This document shows, one piece after another, positions 1-8,609 of a stretch of DNA of 64,000 nt (position 1 is the stretch's first letter; each line of letters opens with the position of its first letter). The stretch covers positions 70,351 to 134,350 of the forward strand of contig CAZNRH010000002.1 in assembly GCA_964575755.1 (NCBI GenBank), given 5' to 3'. The translations under genes were made by a program, and so were the position numbers. The notes beneath the pieces are model-generated. The model did not search any database. It saw only the letters and a program-made list of their open reading frames with translations, and was not told where the DNA came from. Origin of the DNA: an uncultured Candidatus Saccharibacteria bacterium. Its GTDB lineage: Bacteria; Patescibacteriota; Minisyncoccia; Phycocordibacterales; JABMNX01.

Positions 1-127
1 CTCAGCCGAGGTGCATAGAGCTTACACTGAAGCGGGTGCAGACGAGACGCAAATCGCAACTGGATTTATGGAATACGGATCAAAGATATTCCAGGACATT
101 CATATTGCGCTTGCTGAGGAAGATTAA
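1..127 (+). CDS. 3' end of an unidentified protein (partial; gene starts upstream of the window)
   Basis: Open frame ...SAEVHRAYTEAGADETQIATGFMEYGSKIFQDIHIALAEED ending at TAA 125-127. A hairpin plus T-run terminator follows immediately. Confidence 0.35.
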   Translation, partial: SAEVHRAYTEAGADETQIATGFMEYGSKIFQDIHIALAEED

Positions 128-143
128 TTCAAAATATTTTAAG

Positions 144-174
144 CCGTGCGGGTTTTTATCCGCACGGTCTTTTC
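144..174 (+). terminator. rho-independent terminator
   Basis: Stem ccgtgcgg/ccgcacgg followed by tcttttct. Confidence 0.6.
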
Positions 175-468
175 TATTAAAATCCTTTCTTAGTTGCCTT
201 TGGGAAAAAGGGTAACCTGCGAAGTGAATTTGAGATTCAGCTTTTTTATAAAAGTCCTTCGAGTGAACTAGTATATGTATTTATGAATGACGGAATTGCA
301 AACATAAGTCCTATAACAGGAAGTACGACTGCAATAACTGTAACCCAAATAATGACAAGAAAATATTTGCGTATTTTTTCTACTGAAGTAAAAATCTCAT
401 TGAATGTTTCATACTAAAATTATACATCAAAATTAACGGGCTGGCTGTCTGGGACGACGTTAGAACTT

Positions 469-1041
469 TTATTCAAAATGTCTATTCCACGGCAATATAA
501 AATCATCAACAGACTGTAGGCGTTCATCACGAGCATACCTTTGACTTAAGGTGTCTAAAATCTTTTCAAGCACCTTTTCAGAAGAAATTTTATTCATATC
601 TGTAAAAACCTCTACTTCGTCTACTGGTTCGTACCCTTTTGTGTTCTGAATGTGAATTCTATTTCTCTTTTTACGCAACGAATCCATCACATCATAAAAA
701 TTTGTGTTACTTGAATCAAATAAATCGTGCTTCTTTGCTTGCGCAATATAATGTTCAAACTGGTCAAATCTCTTTCCTCGAATAGCTCTGATTATTTCTT
801 GATTAAGATTCAATACACCTTCGTATACATTCGCTTTTATTCTTAATAAAAAATCATGCAGCAGCGCCTCGGAAATACTTACATTTATTAAAATTATAGG
901 TTTTATAAGTAAACATTGATTTTCAGTATTGTTTGCAAGTGCTCTATATTGCTCATAAAGAACTCCTTGCACACGTAGGTTGTAAACTATATTATCTCCA
1001 GTTTTAAATCGACAGATAAAATTTGCAGGTATAGTAAACAT
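469..1041 (-). CDS. hypothetical protein; possible HEPN-like Rx4-6H motif (LRKKRNRIHI) near C-terminus
   Basis: 190-aa ORF, last gene of a three-gene minus-strand operon. No recognisable family beyond the R..H motif. Confidence 0.5.
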   Translation of the reverse strand: MFTIPANFICRFKTGDNIVYNLRVQGVLYEQYRALANNTENQCLLIKPIILINVSISEALLHDFLLRIKANVYEGVLNLNQEIIRAIRGKRFDQFEHYIAQAKKHDLFDSSNTNFYDVMDSLRKKRNRIHIQNTKGYEPVDEVEVFTDMNKISSEKVLEKILDTLSQRYARDERLQSVDDFILPWNRHFE

Positions 1042-1048
1042 AAACTTT

Positions 1049-1906
1049 TTATTTTGTTTGTTCCCCTTCTATCTGAATAGATAAATCATCCATCACGTAG
1101 TGTACAAATTGAGAACCAAGTTCGGTTAAGATATACGGATCAGTACGATCAAAGGCAGATTTACCTTTTCCTTTTGATGTAGATTCTTGTCTTATTACAC
1201 CTCCTGTACTTAAGTCTCTAATTAGTAATCTAAATAAATCAGCTTCTGCAGAACGTTCTTCTGGAATTTCTCCTCTAAGATTTTGCCATATTTCACCTCT
1301 TGTAATCCTTGGGTGATTATATATCTTTGAAATAACTTGAAAATGGAATTCGTGATATTTTTCAATCCAGTCCAGAAAAAATCTAACCCAATCATCTTGA
1401 ACTATACTTATTCCTCCAGCGTTAGTGATCAGCTTCCTTAACATATTTCTTTTTTCAAGCGTCTCTGCTTGATCCCATTTTGAAAAAGTCGCTTTAACTA
1501 ATGCTATATACTCTTCTGATTCGATCCTTTTATTTATTCTATCACCAAACTCTTTAAATCTCCCAAAAATCTGGTTTAAGTCTACTGACAATTGCTTTAA
1601 TTTCTCCTCATGTTCCTTTACCCAGAGATAAATAAATTTATTCATATCTTGCTGGTCATTTTCAGAAGAAAGAGCTGCTGCAGCACTTATTACAGAACCT
1701 ACCCAAGGGAGGCTGCTTAGAGCAGCCATTGAAACTCTGGTGTATTTTAGAGATTCACTACCTAGAAGTCTTTCTAAAATTTCTCTTTCATTTCCAGATA
1801 ATATTTCTATATCTCTTCTTATTACACCCTTAGTTTCACTGACACCTTTTGTGGTACTTTGTGTCTCATCTATCTTTTCTTTACCTTTTTTGCCTTTATC
1901 GTCCAT
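1049..1906 (-). CDS. hypothetical protein
   Basis: 285-aa ORF separated by 8 nt from the downstream gene and 5 nt from the upstream gene in the same operon. No recognisable motifs. Confidence 0.5.
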   Translation of the reverse strand: MDDKGKKGKEKIDETQSTTKGVSETKGVIRRDIEILSGNEREILERLLGSESLKYTRVSMAALSSLPWVGSVISAAAALSSENDQQDMNKFIYLWVKEHEEKLKQLSVDLNQIFGRFKEFGDRINKRIESEEYIALVKATFSKWDQAETLEKRNMLRKLITNAGGISIVQDDWVRFFLDWIEKYHEFHFQVISKIYNHPRITRGEIWQNLRGEIPEERSAEADLFRLLIRDLSTGGVIRQESTSKGKGKSAFDRTDPYILTELGSQFVHYVMDDLSIQIEGEQTK

Positions 1907-1910
1907 TAAT

Positions 1911-2516
1911 TTAAGAATTGAGTTCAGATAAAAGATCTGAATCTTTTTTATGGTTTTCTTTTGACTGCTTAACGAAGCCAGTTATTTTCTGGTTGAGAGT
2001 TTCATTGTAACCATCAACTTGTTGATTAATGTTATCAAGTCGTTGCTGAATCTTCCCTACAATATCGTCTCTTTCTTTTTTTAGTGAATCAGCATCATCT
2101 GAAAAGACAATAATCTCAAATACAATACAATTATCTTCAACCGACACTTCTTCACTCCAAAGCATAAAAGTTGACGGCTTTGATTCAAGTAGTTCTTTGT
2201 CGCCTGAAAATGGAACAGAAAATACCGCGATCTTTTTTTCATATTCCTCACCTCGATCTACACCGAAAGAACTTGGAAAATATTTTGCTGGAATCATTGC
2301 TTTTGTAAGGTCAACTTTTATTTTTGATGGATCCAAGACAACTCTTGCAATTGACTTTTCTTCAACAAGGTTTTGAATGTACTTTTCTTCATCTTTTAAA
2401 TTTACAACAGAAGAATCAGCAAGAACTTCTTCTTCTATTTTTTTTGTTTGTGCTTCAAGGACTGCACCTAAGTCAAACTTTGCAAACAATCTGAAGCCAC
2501 TTCTAGTAAAAAGCAT
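1911..2516 (-). CDS. hypothetical protein
   Basis: 201-aa ORF, first gene of the three-gene operon. No recognisable motifs. Confidence 0.5.
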   Translation of the reverse strand: MLFTRSGFRLFAKFDLGAVLEAQTKKIEEEVLADSSVVNLKDEEKYIQNLVEEKSIARVVLDPSKIKVDLTKAMIPAKYFPSSFGVDRGEEYEKKIAVFSVPFSGDKELLESKPSTFMLWSEEVSVEDNCIVFEIIVFSDDADSLKKERDDIVGKIQQRLDNINQQVDGYNETLNQKITGFVKQSKENHKKDSDLLSELNS

Positions 2517-2742
2517 ATATTTGTGTTTCTAGTAGTCTAGTAATGTTAAATCCAGTATACTCCTAATATTTATATGTCCAACGACTTAATTATTGAGCAA
2601 CAATTTTTATTATCGCTTTTACAATAGAGCCTACTTTTCAGGAATAATCGAAGATGGTAAACGCAACGTTCTAAATCCGTCCAAATCTGAATAATGGTCT
2701 CTTTCAAAATCAGATGTAATTTGTCTTATATTTACAGCCATA

Positions 2743-2773
2743 AATAAACAGCCAGAGTACTCTGGCTGTTTAT
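2743..2773 (-). terminator. hairpin terminator downstream of tRNA-Gln
   Basis: Perfect palindrome aaacagccagagtactctggctgttt flanked by T-rich runs on both strands. Confidence 0.5.
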
Positions 2774-2794
2774 TTTGTGTGTCATTTCGTTCAA

Positions 2795-2865
2795 AGCTGC
2801 CGGACTAGGACTCGAACCTAGATAGCTAGCACCAAAAGCTAGTGTCCTGCCATTAGACGATCCGG
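2795..2865 (-). tRNA. tRNA-Gln (anticodon UUG)
   Basis: Manual cloverleaf: acceptor TGCCGGA/TCCGGCA with U1-A72. Three-bp D-stem GTC/GAC. Anticodon stem CTAGC/GCTAG with loop TTTTGGT. T-arm CTAGG-TTCGAGT-CCTAG. Discriminator G. Confidence 0.8.
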
Positions 2866-3011
2866 CAGCTTTGAAAACAATGTCGTTTTATTATATTAAA
2901 TTTTAAAGTACCAAAAACCTACCCTATCGCCTGTTTCGTTAGACTCAACAACGGCGATTTTCTGTTCCGCAGAAATCGGATGAAATATAAAGCAGTTTAT
3001 ATTTCATTCCC

Positions 3012-3029
3012 ACCACTTAGACGATCCGG
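3012..3029. repeat. 15-17 nt direct copy of the tRNA-Gln 5' end (ttagacgatccggca)
   Basis: Exact 15-nt match to 2851-2865, about 150 bp from the tRNA gene. Confidence 0.6.
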
Positions 3030-3101
3030 CAATTATTCTATTGTCTACTACAATATTAAATTACTACGTAATATTGCCTTAATTAAAGTATGTAATCAAG
3101 T

Positions 3102-4157
3102 CTATTTAAGTAACTTCACAAGAGCGAGCTCTACTGGAAGTTGAGGAATATATGAACGAGATATTGCATCATATGCTCCAAGGAGCTCATATAGTACAAC
3201 TGAATTAATATGAGACTCCTTGCCCTCACTTAATTTTTTAAGAAATTCAAAATCTTCTTTTACAAACTGCTCTTTAAACCCTTTTTCCATTTCTTTTGCA
3301 TATTTAAGGAGCAAGACCACACGTACTTTATGGAGTACTAGCTTCATAAATGTTTTTATATCAAGGTTCTGTGCCACTACGTCCCCTACAACCTCAAGTG
3401 CATTTTCAAGCTTTTTCTCTGCAATAGCTTCGATAAAATTATTAATAAGCTTCCCTTTTGGCGCCCCTGTTACAAGCTCTACTTCTTCTATGCTTACTTT
3501 ATTGTATTTTGAAGATGAAAGTATCTTTTGCAAAACTCCATGTGCATCACGAAACGAACCCTCTGCAAGCATCGCTATTAAATCCGCTGAAGCTGGCTCT
3601 AGTGAGAATTTTTCCTTCTTCGCGATATCCGTTATCATTTTTGCTAAAATTTGTCTGCTTGGTTTTTTAAATGTAAAACTCTGACATCGCGATATTATCG
3701 TCTCTGGTAACTTCCCTTCTTCTGTTGTTGCCAGCATAAACACAACATGCTTTGGTGGCTCTTCAAGTGTCTTTAAGAGTGCATTAAAAGCTTCTTTAGT
3801 TAGCATGTGTACCTCGTCAATAATATAAACTTTGTACGGAGACTCAAATGGAAGTGTGTGTACTGACTCACGAAGTGCTCGTATGTCATCAATACCACGA
3901 TTTGAAGCAGCATCGATTTCATACATATCATTCTGTGATGCTCCTATCGCTCGCGCCAGTATACGCGCAATACTTGTCTTCCCTGTTCCTCGAGAACCAG
4001 AGAAAAGATATGCGTGTGATATATTTCCCTGCTCTATTGCACCCTCAAGCACAGAGACAATATGCTCCTGCCCGAGCACATCTTTAAACTCCTCAGGACG
4101 ATATTTCCTATAGAGCGCTGTTTGTCTATTTTGGCTGGCATTAGAATCTGCTGACAT
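3102..4157 (-). CDS. dnaX: DNA polymerase III subunit gamma/tau (short form)
   Basis: AAA+ Walker A GSRGTGKTS. DEVH box IIDEVHML. Sensor region TIISRCQSFTFKKP. Confidence 0.9.
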   Translation of the reverse strand: MSADSNASQNRQTALYRKYRPEEFKDVLGQEHIVSVLEGAIEQGNISHAYLFSGSRGTGKTSIARILARAIGASQNDMYEIDAASNRGIDDIRALRESVHTLPFESPYKVYIIDEVHMLTKEAFNALLKTLEEPPKHVVFMLATTEEGKLPETIISRCQSFTFKKPSRQILAKMITDIAKKEKFSLEPASADLIAMLAEGSFRDAHGVLQKILSSSKYNKVSIEEVELVTGAPKGKLINNFIEAIAEKKLENALEVVGDVVAQNLDIKTFMKLVLHKVRVVLLLKYAKEMEKGFKEQFVKEDFEFLKKLSEGKESHINSVVLYELLGAYDAISRSYIPQLPVELALVKLLK

Positions 4158-4238
4158 GAAAAGATTATACCACCCTAAACTAATAATTTGTAAACGAAAA
4201 AGCCGCCATACGTAATACGCAGGCGGCTTATGTTGAGG

Positions 4239-4523
4239 TTATGCTGTTACGGCCAAACCTCCTTTAAATTCTGATGAAATGGATAAAGTTTTTTCCATCC
4301 ACTGTTTCCAGTAGCTTGAGATGTCTATAGACTTTATAAACAAAAAAGCATCCAAAAACAACTCAAGTAATTGACCAGATACTGTCCTGATCTTGATTAA
4401 TGGTAGTATTCCCTCCCTTTCTGTAACTTTTACAACTTTAACTGGCATCCCAACATCTTGCTTGTTCGCAAATGTTAGGTCGGCAAAAGAGTTTTTAACC
4501 AGTACTTCACTTCCCTCAGTCAT
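4239..4523 (-). CDS. hypothetical protein
   Basis: 94-aa non-overlapping ORF between dnaX and dus. Confidence 0.35.
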   Translation of the reverse strand: MTEGSEVLVKNSFADLTFANKQDVGMPVKVVKVTEREGILPLIKIRTVSGQLLELFLDAFLFIKSIDISSYWKQWMEKTLSISSEFKGGLAVTA

Positions 4524-4596
4524 TCTTTATTTATTCCTTTAAATCATTTTTTAGTGGACAATTCCATAAATACTTTAACAGGAAGCGCTATATAAG

Positions 4597-5625
4597 TCAA
4601 GTTTTAAGGTATTTTGAGACTACATTTTCAACCTCAGATGCATCTTTAGCTTCCATAAGTTTTATGCGAAGCTCTTTTGCGCCATCCCACCCACTTACAT
4701 ACGCCTTATAGTGTTTCTTCATTACATTAAAACTTTTTACATCTCCAAGAAGCTCTTCGTAAAGTTTGGTGTGCTCAACTAAAACAGTGAGACGCTCTTC
4801 TATTGAAACCTCTCCTTTATCTCGATCAAATAACCATGGGTTACCGAAAACTGCACGCCCAAGCATCACTCCATCACACCCTGTCTCATCTACCTTTCTT
4901 TGGGCATCTTCTAGATCGACGACATCTCCATTACCAATTATAAATGTACCGCTTCCTAACTCGTCTCGTATTTCAACCGCTCTTTTTATCTGACCCCAAT
5001 CAGCGGGGACTTTCGACATCTCTTTACGTGTTCGCCCATGAACCGTAATTACGGCTGGTTTTGCTTTAAGTAGCGCAGGCAGCCACTCCTCTAGAATATT
5101 TGTACTGTAACCAATGCGAGTCTTTACAGAGACTGGAATATATTTACCACCTTCTTTTATAACCTCATCTACTCCGTCTTTCGCAGCTTGTATTAGTTCT
5201 TGAGCTAATTCAGGAGTCTTCATTAAAGAAGCACCTGAACCCTGTTTTTCAATACTTCTATCTGGGCACCCCATATTTATATCAAACCCATCAAATCCAC
5301 ACTCAACAGCATATTTTGCAGCTTTTTTCATGATGTCTGAACTTGAAGTAAAAAATTGTACAACAATCGGACGCTCTCCATCAGAGTAATTCATGTCTCT
5401 TTTTATCTTTTTTTGTCCTTTTTCATCTGCTAAAAATAACCCATCGGCAGAAATAAATTCCGTCCACATAACATCTGGCTTGCCATACTTCGCTATAACA
5501 CGCCTAAAAGCGACATCAGTGACATCTGCCATTGGTGCTAATACAAAAAATGGTTTTTTTAATTCCCCCCAGAACCCTATCTCATTTCCTTGTAACATGT
5601 TGACAAATATACCACACCATGACAT
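4597..5625 (-). CDS. dus: tRNA-dihydrouridine synthase
   Basis: FVLAPMADVTDVAFRR and INMGCPD motifs of the Dus TIM-barrel family. Confidence 0.85.
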   Translation of the reverse strand: MSWCGIFVNMLQGNEIGFWGELKKPFFVLAPMADVTDVAFRRVIAKYGKPDVMWTEFISADGLFLADEKGQKKIKRDMNYSDGERPIVVQFFTSSSDIMKKAAKYAVECGFDGFDINMGCPDRSIEKQGSGASLMKTPELAQELIQAAKDGVDEVIKEGGKYIPVSVKTRIGYSTNILEEWLPALLKAKPAVITVHGRTRKEMSKVPADWGQIKRAVEIRDELGSGTFIIGNGDVVDLEDAQRKVDETGCDGVMLGRAVFGNPWLFDRDKGEVSIEERLTVLVEHTKLYEELLGDVKSFNVMKKHYKAYVSGWDGAKELRIKLMEAKDASEVENVVSKYLKT

Positions 5626-5936
5626 ATATACTACTAGACAGAAAAAACTTGTATGAATTGGAGATCGAGATGACTGTAATAGCAGAAGTAATCAAAGAGG
5701 AGAAGAAATGTGTAGATGAGATCTTGCGATTACTTGGCAGTGTTTTAAAAAATAGTTTAAATACGGAGAGTAGAGAAATTATAAAGCTAGTAATTATGCT
5801 TCTCTGTAAAAAACCAACCAAATACGCCGACCAAATCAAAAAATTAGCAGAGGTACTGGCGCATAGCCTTGCCTCTGGAGACAAAGAATGGATTAAAGAG
5901 TTTGTTCCCGCACATATTTATAAATTGCCAGATTGA
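5619..5936 (+). CDS. hypothetical protein
   Basis: 105-aa ORF divergent from dus, followed by a terminator at 5960-5994. Confidence 0.4.
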   Translation: MTYILLDRKNLYELEIEMTVIAEVIKEEKKCVDEILRLLGSVLKNSLNTESREIIKLVIMLLCKKPTKYADQIKKLAEVLAHSLASGDKEWIKEFVPAHIYKLPD

Positions 5937-5959
5937 CGACCTGTTACATGAAAGATAAT

Positions 5960-5994
5960 AACGACCGCCTTAAAAAAGCGGTCGTTTTTATTTT
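5960..5994 (+). terminator. rho-independent terminator
   Basis: Stem aacgaccgc/gcggtcgtt followed by tttttatttt. Confidence 0.65.
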
Positions 5995-6084
5995 ATATAA
6001 GCTTAATATGCCTTTTGTGTTATATTAATGTAAGTAGCACTTTAAAAGCATCATTTTTTAACTAACACAGGAAAGGCTCAAACT

Positions 6085-6267
6085 ATGACACCAGTGGATA
6101 ATGACAGTAAGATTAAAGTATTTTTACCTGGATTGAATAGTCCGTCACAAATTGCCGGATCGCTGCAAAGAATGGAAGTTGAAGAAAAGAAACATGGTGG
6201 GCGTGTACCAAATGCTCTCTTTCCAAGATTTGTAGCGTCTTTAAAAAGACTCTTACGAAGGAATTGA
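6085..6267 (+). CDS. small hypothetical protein
   Basis: 60-aa ORF with AGGAAAGG Shine-Dalgarno 10 nt upstream. Its own terminator lies at 6321-6352. Confidence 0.35.
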   Translation: MTPVDNDSKIKVFLPGLNSPSQIAGSLQRMEVEEKKHGGRVPNALFPRFVASLKRLLRRN

Positions 6268-6320
6268 TGAAAGTCTACATAAAAGATTTACCGGTCAATC
6301 CACACCACCTCGCAAAACTC

Positions 6321-6352
6321 CCCCGTCACAGTAGCTACGTGACGGGTTTTTT
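6321..6352 (+). terminator. rho-independent terminator
   Basis: Stem cccgtcac/gtgacggg followed by tttttt. Confidence 0.6.
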
Positions 6353-7187
6353 ATTTCAACTTAAAATATACCTTATTACCAAAACGTAGATCTATGTATT
6401 CTATGTCTTCTGTATTCTTTTCTCTAAATGTTTCTGAATCGAGAACGACAGTAAGGTTATCGAGCACCTCAGACGATCCTTGTTTTCTTGTGAAGATAAT
6501 CTTACTCTCACCTTCTAGATAAAGCTCCATATTTGAGACACCTACTGTGTGTAATTCGATAGGTATAACCTCTAACTTTTTAAGTGAATCAATAAGAGTG
6601 TTCATTTTATTAAATTCGTCGTTTATTTTTAAATAATACTTACCTACATAATCTGGACCTATTAAATCTCCATAAAAACGCATGAAGACATTACCCGTAA
6701 AGTTGGGTGCTTTCGAGAATACAAACCCTTCCGTATTAATGAAATAACAATCCTCTGTTAATTCACTACTTTTATCAGTACACCAAAGAGCATACGGCTT
6801 CTGCTCCTCTATTTCCATGGATAAAGTTTGAAGGTCAGTACGCACGATATCAACTGACTCAATTTGCTTAAATGTGGTTAAGATAGAAGACTCTATCTCT
6901 TCTTCTGGAAAAATTAAACTGTTTGTACGCGGAAATAATAAAAAATATTTTCCACCCTCAAGAACCTCTTCTGTAACATCTTTTATTCTTGAGTCTGAAA
7001 TAACACTACTTCCATTTATAACAATATTGTTTATCTGCAAGTATGGACGATACGATACCCACGAACCTAAACCTATTAAAAGTATAATGACGACCACGCT
7101 ACCAACAATTTTCCATAAAAAAGATCTACGCCTACGTTTAGCAAGTCTTTCTGGTCGTGCTACTTTACATCTCCTAAACCACTTCAT
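6351..7187 (-). CDS. ftsQ: cell division protein FtsQ/DivIB-like
   Basis: Basic cytoplasmic N-terminus, one TM helix, POTRA-like region (VDIVRTDLQTLSMEIEEQKPYALW). Confidence 0.7.
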   Translation of the reverse strand: MKWFRRCKVARPERLAKRRRRSFLWKIVGSVVVIILLIGLGSWVSYRPYLQINNIVINGSSVISDSRIKDVTEEVLEGGKYFLLFPRTNSLIFPEEEIESSILTTFKQIESVDIVRTDLQTLSMEIEEQKPYALWCTDKSSELTEDCYFINTEGFVFSKAPNFTGNVFMRFYGDLIGPDYVGKYYLKINDEFNKMNTLIDSLKKLEVIPIELHTVGVSNMELYLEGESKIIFTRKQGSSEVLDNLTVVLDSETFREKNTEDIEYIDLRFGNKVYFKLK

Positions 7188-7299
7188 CCCGTACGAAATA
7201 GGACACGGACTAATGTTGCCATTGTCCTAAAGTTAAATCCTCTGTTAATTATCGACTTATTTTCCATATATTATGTTTGTATCCATGATTTCGTACGGG
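7188..7299 (-). repeat. start-codon-abutting inverted-repeat element (copy a, upstream of ftsQ) with internal 27-aa micro-ORF
   Basis: Arms cccgtacgaaataggacacgga and tccatgatttcgtacggg are complementary. The element ends exactly at the ftsQ ATG. Internal ORF MENKSIINRGFNFRTMATLVRVLFRTG spans 7184-7267 on the minus strand. Its TGA overlaps the ftsQ ATG as ATGA. Confidence 0.75.
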
Positions 7300-7306
7300 A
7301 TTTATA

Positions 7307-8572
7307 TTATTTTGATATTATGTCCTTCCCTAAATATTTTTGCAACACTTCTGGAACTTTAATAGATCCATCTTCCTGTTGGAAATTTTCTACAAGCGAT
7401 ACTAGGATTCTTGGTGTTGGTATCGCGGTGCAGTTAAGAGAGTGGACATATTTAGCTTTTCCATTCTTGTCTCTATATTTAATATTAAACCGTCGTGTTT
7501 GGAAATCATGGAAATACGACGCTGAACTTATCTCGCGATATTTTTCTTCAAGTGGCACCCAAAGCTCAATGTCATACTTCTTAACCTGACCTTGTCCTAA
7601 ATCTCCACCACAATTAAGTACTGTGTGATACGGAATATTAAGTGATTCAATAAACTCTTCTGTATTTCTATTTATCCATTCATGTAGTCGCACAGACTCT
7701 TCATGATTAGCTTCGCATAAAACAACCTGTTCAAGCTTAAAAAACTCATGCACTCTAATGAGTCCTTTTGTATCCTTTCCATGACTTCCTGCTTCCCTCC
7801 TATAACACGGGGAGAACGACAAGAATTTTACTGGAAAAATCTTCTCATCTAGAATCTCATCGGCATAATATCCCATTGTTGATATCTCTGACGTACCAGC
7901 AAGATAATCATCGTCTTGCGTCTTATATATATCATCAACTTCGTTTGGTAAATGTCCTGTGCCGTATAAATTACTCTTACGAACTATCGAGGGAACAATC
8001 ATTGGGGTAAACTCTTTTTTAAGGAAAAAGTCCATTGCGTAATTCCAAATAGCCCATGACAAAAGTGCGCCATCATTTTTAAGAAAGTACCCACGGAACC
8101 CATGCACCTTTGTACCACGCTCAAAATCAACCATGTCCAGCGCTGTCATTATATCTACATGATTTTTTGGCTCAAACGAAAACTGAGTTTTCTCTCCCCA
8201 CACCTTTATTTCTTTATTATCTTCATCATCTTTTCCCTCTGGCACTGACATGTCTGGAACATTTGGAACTTGTAGCATAAGCGTATGCCACTTTTCCATA
8301 ACACCCTTCAACTCTTCTTCTTCTTTTTGTAATACTGCCTTAAGTTCTTTCATTTCAGAAATAGCCTGATAGCGAACATTCTGGTCTTCTGACTTTGCTA
8401 TCTCTTCATTTGCTTTATTTTGTCTTGCGCGTTTTTCTTCCACTGATTTCAATATCTCTCGCCTTTTATCATCAAGAGTAATAAGACTATCAATATCAAA
8501 ATCCATATGCTTTTTTCGAGCACCTTCCTTAACAAGATCTTTGTTTTCTCTAATGAAGTTAATATCTAACAT
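7307..8572 (-). CDS. serS: seryl-tRNA synthetase
   Basis: N-terminal coiled-coil arm and class II core. Typical SerRS sequence and length of 421 aa. Confidence 0.9.
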   Translation of the reverse strand: MLDINFIRENKDLVKEGARKKHMDFDIDSLITLDDKRREILKSVEEKRARQNKANEEIAKSEDQNVRYQAISEMKELKAVLQKEEEELKGVMEKWHTLMLQVPNVPDMSVPEGKDDEDNKEIKVWGEKTQFSFEPKNHVDIMTALDMVDFERGTKVHGFRGYFLKNDGALLSWAIWNYAMDFFLKKEFTPMIVPSIVRKSNLYGTGHLPNEVDDIYKTQDDDYLAGTSEISTMGYYADEILDEKIFPVKFLSFSPCYRREAGSHGKDTKGLIRVHEFFKLEQVVLCEANHEESVRLHEWINRNTEEFIESLNIPYHTVLNCGGDLGQGQVKKYDIELWVPLEEKYREISSASYFHDFQTRRFNIKYRDKNGKAKYVHSLNCTAIPTPRILVSLVENFQQEDGSIKVPEVLQKYLGKDIISK

Positions 8573-8609
8573 AATTACTGTTTATATACGTGATACGATA
8601 CATATTACT

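Noticed and set aside
240-420. Possible small membrane-protein ORF on the minus strand (…KIRKYFLVIIWVTVIAVVLPVIGLMFAIPSFINT…)
   Set aside because: Hydrophobic and protein-like but there is no in-frame ATG, GTG or TTG start before the upstream stop, so it cannot be called with confidence.
3220-4113. Several plus-strand ORFs (3220-3684, 3458-3670, 3832-4113, 3848-4087) inside dnaX
   Set aside because: Antisense to a well-supported dnaX reading frame, low-complexity translations, no motifs. Treated as spurious.
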